Below, one piece after another: positions 56,300-64,000 of a stretch of 64,000 bases of DNA (position 1 is its first letter; each line of letters starts with the position of its first letter). The stretch is from a virus: IMG/VR virus record IMGVR_UViG_3300048672_000152, positions 1 through 64,000 of that record. One strand, written 5' to 3'. The position numbers were made by a program, and so were the translations under genes. The notes under the pieces are model-generated. The model was given only the letters and a program-made list of their open reading frames with translations. It was not told the DNA's origin and ran no database searches.

Positions 56300-56654
56300 A
56301 CGTAGAGGTGGTATACCTCGTAAAACATTACCAGCAAGACGTAATGTCGAAGTTAGAAATGAGTTCAACGAAGTAACTGGTATATCAGAAACAAACTTCC
56401 AAGCTCTCTATTGCACTGTACAACCGTATGAGGGCGATATGTTCACTCCTGACGTACTGGGATATACAGACAAAGATGTGTTTACTGTATTCACCGAGAC
56501 TGAATTAAAAGTTGGTCAAGAAGGTACAAACCGTAAACCAGATGAAGTAATGATTGATGGTAAGTGGTTTAAAGTTGTCAAAGTAAAACGCTGGCAAACA
56601 CTATTAAAACATTATGAAGTAGTGGTTATAGAAAAAGATGAGGGTTTAATATGA
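56283..56654 (+). CDS. head closure protein
   Basis: TVQP, D.V.IDGKWFKV; synteny. Confidence 0.6.
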   Translation: MSSSFKRRGGIPRKTLPARRNVEVRNEFNEVTGISETNFQALYCTVQPYEGDMFTPDVLGYTDKDVFTVFTETELKVGQEGTNRKPDEVMIDGKWFKVVKVKRWQTLLKHYEVVVIEKDEGLI

Positions 56655-57214
56655 CAGTAGTTGTATATAATCATCAAGAAATCTATGACCAATTAAAATC
56701 ACGAATCAAAGCATTATGTGATAAAACATTAGTTCCTAATTTACAGTATACAATACGTGGTGCAAGTAATCAGAAACTAAACGAACCTTATATTCAATTG
56801 TGGATTAAAGATTGGAATAAGATTGGTAAATACGACAAGGTAGATACCAACACTTACGCAGTGAAGTATGAAGTCATTGTAGATATATCAATACATCGTC
56901 CACCAACAGCAACATCTACTGTAGGTACGACCTCAGTTGCTTTAAACAGAATTATTAATGCTTTTGAGGCTTCAGCAGGAACATACTTTGGTTCATTTGC
57001 TGACAACAATATTTCATACCTCAGAAGTAGTAGTGTAACGCAAAGACATTTCCCTATAGATAGGACTCAATTAGAAGAACGCAGTTCTGTCAGTTGTATC
57101 TTTGAAGTAGTGGTAGTAGAAACAGACAGTACAGATGTAGGTTATATTGAAACAATAGAACTATCACTATCTGCAAATAATATCCAATCCTCAGAAACAA
57201 TAACTTACCCATAA
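56651..57214 (+). CDS. tail terminator/neck protein
   Basis: Position directly before the sheath gene. Confidence 0.55.
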   Translation: MTVVVYNHQEIYDQLKSRIKALCDKTLVPNLQYTIRGASNQKLNEPYIQLWIKDWNKIGKYDKVDTNTYAVKYEVIVDISIHRPPTATSTVGTTSVALNRIINAFEASAGTYFGSFADNNISYLRSSSVTQRHFPIDRTQLEERSSVSCIFEVVVVETDSTDVGYIETIELSLSANNIQSSETITYP

Positions 57215-57226
57215 CAGGAGTTAACA

Positions 57227-58297
57227 ATGGCTGACGTTCCTATCGAAAGTCGTATTGATGTTGTTGTGTCATTAGGCACACAACCTCTAACCACAGCATC
57301 ATTTGACAGCGCAGTATTTGCTGCTGAATTGACAGATGCTGCATTTGCACAAGATTATAAAATCTATACCTCAGTGAAAGAAATGGTAACTGATGGTTTC
57401 CTCACTACTTCAGCAGCATATAAGTATGCTAGTTTAGTATTCGGCGGTAACTTCCGAGCTAATAAACTGTATGTAGTTAAATTTGGTAGCACTGGTGTTG
57501 CTGTAACTAAAACTCCAGTACAAGCTCTTACTGATTTATTCAATGTAGACGACACCGCTTACTATATTGGTTGTAGTTCACACTCTGATGTGAATGTAAC
57601 TGCATTAGCTGCATTTGCTGAATCATTAGATAAGATGTATGTTCATGCTACACAACAAGCTGGTGTATTAGTTCCAGCAACTACTACTGACATCGGTAGT
57701 GTGTTACAGGATGCTTCATACAACCATGCTTTCACTATCTACAATGCTGCGGCTGATTCTAGCTATGCTGAAGGTGGTGTTGTGGGTGCAATGGCTGCTA
57801 TCGCTGCTGGCACATCTACGTTAGAAGATAAGACAATGGTGGGTGTTACTGTTGACAGTTTAAATGCTACTCAACGTAGTTCATGTGAAGCTAAAAACGT
57901 AGCTTACTATATGCCTATTGCTGGTGTCAATTCAGTGTTCAATTCTAAAGTAGCTTCTGGTCAATTCTTCGATACTATCGTATTCGCAGATTGGTTGAAA
58001 GCTCGCGTATCTGAAGAACTATATGGTTTACTGAAACGTGAATCTGATTTAGGTCGTAAGGTATCATACGATGAGGCAGGTTTCTCTAAGATCCGTCAAG
58101 CTTGTCGTCGTGTAATTGAAGTTGGTCGTGCTAATGGAGCTATCTCTTTAGATAGTGAAGCTATTGTACGTACACCAGAACGTAGTGAGATTTTAGAAGC
58201 AGATCGTATGAATCGTGTTCTTCCAAATCTTGTTGTTGAAGTTCCATATTCTAGTGCTGTACATAAAGTTATTGTACGTGCTTACGTTACAGTATAA
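57227..58297 (+). CDS. tail sheath protein (compact)
   Basis: KTMVGV, SGQFFDTIVFADWLKAR, R..P, AVHKV motifs of DUF3383-type sheaths. Confidence 0.8.
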   Translation: MADVPIESRIDVVVSLGTQPLTTASFDSAVFAAELTDAAFAQDYKIYTSVKEMVTDGFLTTSAAYKYASLVFGGNFRANKLYVVKFGSTGVAVTKTPVQALTDLFNVDDTAYYIGCSSHSDVNVTALAAFAESLDKMYVHATQQAGVLVPATTTDIGSVLQDASYNHAFTIYNAAADSSYAEGGVVGAMAAIAAGTSTLEDKTMVGVTVDSLNATQRSSCEAKNVAYYMPIAGVNSVFNSKVASGQFFDTIVFADWLKARVSEELYGLLKRESDLGRKVSYDEAGFSKIRQACRRVIEVGRANGAISLDSEAIVRTPERSEILEADRMNRVLPNLVVEVPYSSAVHKVIVRAYVTV

Positions 58298-58308
58298 GGA
58301 GATAATTA

Positions 58309-58803
58309 ATGGCTTCTAATCATACTTGGGTATACGACCCACGTAAAACTACCACTACAATTGGTGGTGAAGAAGTATACGGTTGGGCTGAAGGCTCAAT
58401 GATTGAGTTCAGCAAAGCAGACCAAACAACTAGCACCACTCGTGGTTTAGATGGTCGTGATATGACTGTTAACATCAATCCAATGCGTGACGGTACTGCT
58501 ACAATCACTCTGCAACATACTAGCCCATTTAATAAAGTGTTATACACTTGGGCTGAAAGTTATCAGAATGGTTTTAGTTCTACTGTGTTACCAATTGCAC
58601 CATTTAGTTTCCGTGACCCTTCTGGTCTATCTATTGAAACTACATGCTGGTTAGAGCAAGTACCTAGTGTATCTATTGCTCAAGAAACTGGTGAACTGCA
58701 ATGGGTTCTACACTTAGCTGATGTATTACCTAAGACTAATGAATCTTGGGCTGCTGCTAAGAACCTCGGTAACATTCTTGGTATTAATTTACCATCATTC
58801 TAA
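58309..58803 (+). CDS. tail tube protein
   Basis: YDP...G.DG...GTATITLQHTSP.N pattern; follows the sheath gene. Confidence 0.78.
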   Translation: MASNHTWVYDPRKTTTTIGGEEVYGWAEGSMIEFSKADQTTSTTRGLDGRDMTVNINPMRDGTATITLQHTSPFNKVLYTWAESYQNGFSSTVLPIAPFSFRDPSGLSIETTCWLEQVPSVSIAQETGELQWVLHLADVLPKTNESWAAAKNLGNILGINLPSF

Positions 58804-58884
58804 CATAAAGTTTGTCATGTATGCCACAAGGATGTGGCATAGTTTTAGTATAAACAGCATGGCACATAAACAGAGTAAGTAAAC

Positions 58885-59313
58885 ATGACAACAAATTTAG
58901 AACGTAAAAAAGAAATCTTCAATGTAGGCGGTAAAGCCTATATCTCTGTTTCTTGGTCGCCTATGAAAGCTGCTAAGAACCTCCCTAAGATTGGTAAAGC
59001 ATTCGCCGTACCTATCTCTTTCCTTATCGCTGGTGGTGAAAATATCCAATCAGCTATCCCTACAGCTATGATGATGTTGTTCGAGCAGTTAGAAGAACAA
59101 GACATTACAGAGTTGTTCTCTTTAATTCTAGCAGATGTTTGGTCTAAGAGTACAGATAAAGCGTTAAATATTGATACTGATCTTGAGAACATTGATGAGT
59201 TACTTCAGCTAACAGCTAACGTATTGAAGCAACATTATGGGGTACTGATTAACGGTACGGGTTTTACATCCCTGTTCCAAACGATGGTTCCTCTACATCA
59301 AATGGCGGTATAA
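58885..59313 (+). CDS. tail assembly chaperone (G-like)
   Basis: Lies between tube and tape measure genes; contains slippery site G GGT TTT at 59259-59265. Confidence 0.8.
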   Translation: MTTNLERKKEIFNVGGKAYISVSWSPMKAAKNLPKIGKAFAVPISFLIAGGENIQSAIPTAMMMLFEQLEEQDITELFSLILADVWSKSTDKALNIDTDLENIDELLQLTANVLKQHYGVLINGTGFTSLFQTMVPLHQMAV

Positions 59314-59525
59314 AACCGACAAAACAGGCTCTCCAACACATAGAGAGAACATCTAGTTTAACGCCAATCGAAGTTTTATTTCTAAGGGCTGTGAAGGAAG
59401 GTGGTGAAACCGCTATGTCCCTAGAGTCCCAAGATTTGGAATACTTGCTGAAAGTAAATGAGTACCTTGATATTCAATCTTTCTTAGAACAAGATATGCA
59501 AAAACAAATCAACAAAACGAGATAA
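58885..59525 (+). CDS. tail assembly chaperone, -1 frameshift product (GT-like)
   Basis: The -1 frame is open from 59265 (YIPVPNDG...KPTKQALQH...KQINKTR) to TAA at 59523-59525. Confidence 0.8.
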
Positions 59526-59528
59526 TCT

Positions 59529-62500
59529 ATGGCAGATAATGTAGTAGGCTCAGTTGTTGGTCGTGTTAGGTTTAGTATTGATAAAAGGTCGTGGGATAAT
59601 CTCGATTTATTTCAAAAGAAACTTACCTCAATTAAACGACAAATGACTAACATGGACAAGAGTATTAAAGTTAATGCTGTTGTCCAACAAATAAATAAAG
59701 TAGCTAATACGGTCGTGAACGCTGAAAAGAAAGTAGCTAAAGCGAAAGAAGAAGCGGCTAAGAAGAATCATAAACTAATGACTTTCGGTAGTGTTGGTGG
59801 TGATCCTAAAGGTTATACGAAGTTCTGGCAAGAGGAACTAAAGACTCGTGACCAGCTAACTAAAGCCAGAGAAAAGCAAGATGCTATTTACGCTAAACGT
59901 CAACAAGCTGCTCTAGCTAACAATAACAAACGTGCTGGTATGTCTGATAGACTAGCTTGGTTATTCCCTGCATCATCTGTAAGTAATCCAGCCAATCGCG
60001 GTTTGTTAGCTCAAATGCTTCGTGATGAAGCCACTGCGAGTGTTAAGCTCCAGAGAGAACAAGACAAAGCATACGAAGCTCGTCGTAAAGATGTGATGGG
60101 TAGGCGCAATGCTTCTTTAAAATCTCGTGCTGCTCGTGACAGAGCTAAAGAAAAACAAACAGCCAAAGCCAATAGAAATAGAACAGCATTTGAAGCTGGC
60201 GTTGAAAACTTCATGCTCATTAAAGAATCTCAGCTTAATCAATATGCTGATAGGGTGAGAATGAGTCAGCAACAACGTGCTGAGATGATGGGTCGTCTAG
60301 GTAAAGCAAAGGAAGATGCTTTAAAAGGTATTGACCCCACTCAGGCTAGAGCTATTGAATCTTTTAGAGCGCAAGTAAATAAAACTAAGAATGAAATGGT
60401 TAACACTGACCGTATTACTAGGTCTAATGCTGTTTCATTTAGGTCACTACGTAATGAAATTGTGCAACTAACTGCTGCTTATACGGCGTTTAGTGTTGTG
60501 CAGAATGTTGCTCAGACTGGTATGGATCTCGAAGGAATTCGTGCTGCTGCTAAAGTATTTACAGGTAGCGACGCAGGGACTACTGCTCACATGGAATACC
60601 TTGTAGAAATGTCTGATAGACTTGGCGTTAACTTCATGACAGCAGCTAAAGAGTTTAATAAATTCTCTATTGCTGTAGGTAGTAAAGCAGATCAAGGTAC
60701 ACAAAGACATATCTTTGAAGGTTTGTCAGAGTATGCAACAGTATTACAAGTAGACCAACAACAATATGAACGAGCTATTCGTTCAGTAGTTCAAATGTTC
60801 TCAAAGGAACAAGTATACGCTTAAATTCAGGTGCTTCATATAGTAATATATGTCGAAGAATCTCTCTAATTCGGTGGAACTCTTACCATGTAATGATGGA
60901 GACAATGCCGAGCGAAGCTCAATGTATAATATTGAGAACGTGTGACGGTCAGAACGATAGTTCGTACCCTATAAGCTATTGATAGGGGAAACGGGAGATA
61001 CCGTATTATTAAATTAACGGTAAAGAGATGACCTAATCTGTATAGAAATATACAGCAGCATGTAAAGATGCGAATAACTTAGTAGCGTAAGTTATTGAAT
61101 TATATGGAAGAATTACGTGGGCAGTGGACTGACTAGCTGCCATAACATAGTAATATGTTATAAGAAAACTTATTGAATTGCTGGAAACTCCTAAAAATCA
61201 TACACTACAAAGTAATCGGTGACGGTAAGCTTGACAGTTTGAAAAGTTATGATATGATCTTTCTTTTAATAAGAGGAAGTGAAATGGACAATCAGCAGGT
61301 AAGTTCCTGTGAAGAAGTTTGGAAATTATATGAAGATGAACCTCGTTATGAAGTATCTACTTTTGGTAGAGTTCGGCACGTTAAGGATTTATCTATCAAA
61401 TATAGTAAGCCAGATAAAATAGGGTATGTATGCATCCAATGTAAAACAAAAGGTAAAATCAAAAACCTTAAAGTACACAGGATGGTGGCACAGACGTTCT
61501 TAGAAAACCCAAACTCTTTGAGAGAAGTAAATCACAAAGACGGGGTTAAAACTAACAATAACGTAGATAATCTTGAGTGGTGTACGCGCAGGGATAACAT
61601 ACTGCATGGTCACGATATAGGTCTTTACGATTTAAAAGGTTCTAAGAATGGTAGGTCTGTATTAACAGAAGATTTAGTACATAAACTTTGTGCTTGGTAC
61701 GAGAGTTGTCCAAACAACACTCCAAAACTCGCAGTTAAAATGTTTAGTATTAGTATACAGCAAGCATCTAAAATCAGGTGCGGTATTGCATGGAAACATA
61801 TATCTTCTCAGTACAACATACTTCCCTTAGTAAACAGGAAAAACTCCAGAGACTAGGCGTAAGCCGTACACCTAAGCAGGTGGAAGTGGTAAGCTCCTCT
61901 AACGAGGATGAAGATATAGTCCGACCTCATACGAAAGTATGAGCAGCTTGAATAAAGCGGGGATGATGTAGCGAATCATCTTGAACATTTTGTAGCCGAA
62001 GCCCTCCCCGGATCTGTATCAGCAATGATGCGAGCAGCAGGGTATGATAACGAAAAAGATTTCTTTAAAGCTGTAGAAGCTGGTAAGATTATGGCATCAG
62101 AAGTTATGCCAAAGTTTGCCGATGAATTGAAGAAAGTAGCAAGAACAAATGGTGCGTTAGAAGCAACTACTAAAAAGACTCGTGCAGAAATGCAACGGTT
62201 CTTTAACCAACTAACATACGCCAAAGATAATATATTCCAAGGTGGAATGAATGAAGGTTTATCTTATATGTTCGGCTCTTTTGCTGACTTACTTAAAGAG
62301 ATGGAACCAGTTGCGAAAGCTTTAGGTGCTATGTTCAGAGGTGCGGTTGTAACACTTACAGGTGCTATTAAAGTAGCACTTGTCCCGTTCAGAGGTTTAG
62401 TAGCGCTGTTTGATTCATTAGGTGATAACTTAGAACGATTAGGTATTCTTGATGGTAGTGGTGGTATGTGGTCTGTAGTAGGTGGCGCTGGTGTATTGGT

Positions 62501-62873
62501 ATTAATGGCAACACGATTCAATTGGCTGAGTAAAGCAGTGTGGTCTGTCAATAGCGCATTGTTGACAATGGCTGCGAGGTTCGCACCTATCATTGCCGCT
62601 TATGCTGTGCTAGAAGATTTAGCTCTATACGCAACGTATGGTGATAAAGCTGATACTGCAGTAGGTAGGGCAATCAAGTATACGCAAACAAACCCATTAG
62701 CTGACACCACAAGCAAATTGTCAAGCTTCACCCCAACAGGGTGGATAGCCAATCAAGCTAAGACCTTAGTTGAAGTAACAATGAAAGGTGATGCTGATAA
62801 TTGGTTGAGTGCAAAAATAGACCAATTTTCACATATTACATCAGCCGTAACTCAAACGGAGACAAGTCAATAA
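59529..62873 (+). CDS. tape measure protein, spliced: join(59529..60821,61107..61125,61993..62873), 730 aa
   Basis: Splicing restores the tape-measure motif QMFSKEQVYA|EELRGQL|AEALPG and the frame of ORF 62025..62873. Confidence 0.9.
60822..61106 (+). mobile_element. group I intron 1 in the tape measure gene (285 nt, no ORF)
   Basis: Exon ends in U; P element AATTCGGTGGAAC; Q element GACAATGCCGAGC; variant P7 GGTCA(60947)/TGACC(61029); ends in G. Confidence 0.88.
61126..61992 (+). mobile_element. group I intron 2 in the tape measure gene (867 nt, encodes HNH)
   Basis: P1 GGCAGU/GCUGCC; P element AATTGCTGGAAAC; Q element AATCAGCAGG; P7 GACTA(61851)/TAGTC(61917); ends in G. Confidence 0.92.
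61284..61856 (+). CDS. intron-encoded NUMOD4-HNH homing endonuclease
   Basis: GAGGA RBS before ATG 61284; YEVSTFGRV, VHRMVAQTF, VNHKDGVKTNNNVDNLEW. Confidence 0.88.
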   Translation: MDNQQVSSCEEVWKLYEDEPRYEVSTFGRVRHVKDLSIKYSKPDKIGYVCIQCKTKGKIKNLKVHRMVAQTFLENPNSLREVNHKDGVKTNNNVDNLEWCTRRDNILHGHDIGLYDLKGSKNGRSVLTEDLVHKLCAWYESCPNNTPKLAVKMFSISIQQASKIRCGIAWKHISSQYNILPLVNRKNSRD

Positions 62874-63520
62874 TGATTACATTCATCGTCGCTAATAAAT
62901 TTAAAGCTGGCGTGAGTGAGATTGCTGGTGAGAAATACTTTGCGGATTGTACTGTGAGTATTTCTCATGACTTCTCCAACACAGTTACTGAACATCCTGT
63001 TGAAACTGGCGTATCATTCTCTGACCATGTACAGTTGAAGAATAATCGCTTCACTGTATCTGGCATATTTGGTCAATATGGCATTAACGACTTCCAATCT
63101 GACACCCTTACACGTACAGCAGATCGCATACCAGATGCTTATAAGTTTTTACGCAAACTTCGTGATGAACGTCTTACATTCACTTTAGTTAGTAAGTACG
63201 ATACGTATTACGACTGTGTTATAGAAAGCTTATCAATTCCGGCTAATCCAGAATCGTCTAATAGTTTGTATTTCGACATAACTGTTGTACAGATACGAAA
63301 AGCAACTACTGAAACAGTTAACCTTATTTCTGCTACTAAAGTAGTTGATGGCAAAAAGGACGCTGCTAGTGGTACAGTAAGTGGTGGTAAACAGATAAAG
63401 AGTTTTGCTGCATCTGGTATTGATGCCGCAGGTGGTATACCCCAAGCTTTAACTGAATTTAATTCAGCAGCTTTCGGGACTGATCCAACACCAGATAAGA
63501 AGGAGGGCGGCACATCATGA
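62873..63520 (+). CDS. distal tail/tube-initiator-like protein
   Basis: VTEHPVETG..FSDH motif; ATG overlaps the tape measure stop (TAATG). Confidence 0.7.
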   Translation: MITFIVANKFKAGVSEIAGEKYFADCTVSISHDFSNTVTEHPVETGVSFSDHVQLKNNRFTVSGIFGQYGINDFQSDTLTRTADRIPDAYKFLRKLRDERLTFTLVSKYDTYYDCVIESLSIPANPESSNSLYFDITVVQIRKATTETVNLISATKVVDGKKDAASGTVSGGKQIKSFAASGIDAAGGIPQALTEFNSAAFGTDPTPDKKEGGTS

Positions 63521-63939
63521 CAATCTCTGTATTATCTATTCCAGACAGTCCTAACGTGCTGTTCACGACAATCCTAGACAATATAGCTTATGATATGTTG
63601 TTACAATGGAACCCTCGTGATGAAGCATGGTATCTTTCTTTAGGTAAACAAAACCAAGACTTTCTATTTAAAACTAAAATCACCACAATGACTGACTTAC
63701 TCAAAGCACATAGATCTTTAGAAGTTTCACCAAAAGGTGCTTTAGTTGCTATTGACACAATGAAAAGTTATGGTAGAATTACTAGAAATGGTTGGTCATC
63801 TGGAAGATGGCAACTGTATTATATCAGTGAAGACACTTACAATTCCGCAATAGCTAACACTTTTACATCGGGTGATTTGAATATCACTATTGATGTGGAA
63901 GATGATGTTAGATTCACAAAATCCTCAACAAGATTATAA
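63517..63939 (+). CDS. baseplate-associated protein
   Basis: WNPRDEAWYLS motif; synteny after the tube initiator. Confidence 0.6.
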   Translation: MTISVLSIPDSPNVLFTTILDNIAYDMLLQWNPRDEAWYLSLGKQNQDFLFKTKITTMTDLLKAHRSLEVSPKGALVAIDTMKSYGRITRNGWSSGRWQLYYISEDTYNSAIANTFTSGDLNITIDVEDDVRFTKSSTRL

Positions 63940-64000
63940 GATACTTTTATGGCTGAACAATTTATTCATAAATATGTATTAGAGTTTGGTCAACCAGTAT

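Noticed and set aside
61173-61283. N-terminal extension of the intron HNH ORF
   Set aside because: It overlaps intron core elements; the ATG at 61284 has a clear RBS.

Overview
A 64-kb, AT-rich segment of a large lytic tailed phage. A sheath gene points to a myovirus; sigma70 promoters and LexA/CRP-type sites suggest a gammaproteobacterial host (inference). Layout: (i) 1-14 kb, leftward replication and RNA-repair genes (family A DNA polymerase, T7-like primase-helicase, Rnl1-type RNA ligase, frameshifted polynucleotide kinase); (ii) 14-24 kb, rightward small early genes, with a 48-bp perfect palindrome and a GATC-rich early block; (iii) 24.2-25.3 kb, a non-coding stretch dense in host transcription-factor-like sites, including an 18-bp-periodic LexA-box array; (iv) 25-42.6 kb, leftward metabolism genes (Pif1-like helicase, DNA ligase, phosphoesterase, ClpP-like, PhoH, adenine methyltransferase, HNH endonucleases); (v) 43-64 kb, rightward tRNA/ncRNA cluster and virion module. 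Three group I introns missed by the ORF track can be reconstructed to the base: one splits the terminase Walker A motif, and two split the tape-measure gene around a 19-nt micro-exon. Two paralogous compact (~435 aa) polymerase-fold genes with RNA-polymerase-like motifs lie near the heads of the two large operons. All calls come from reading motifs by eye; no database searches were run.
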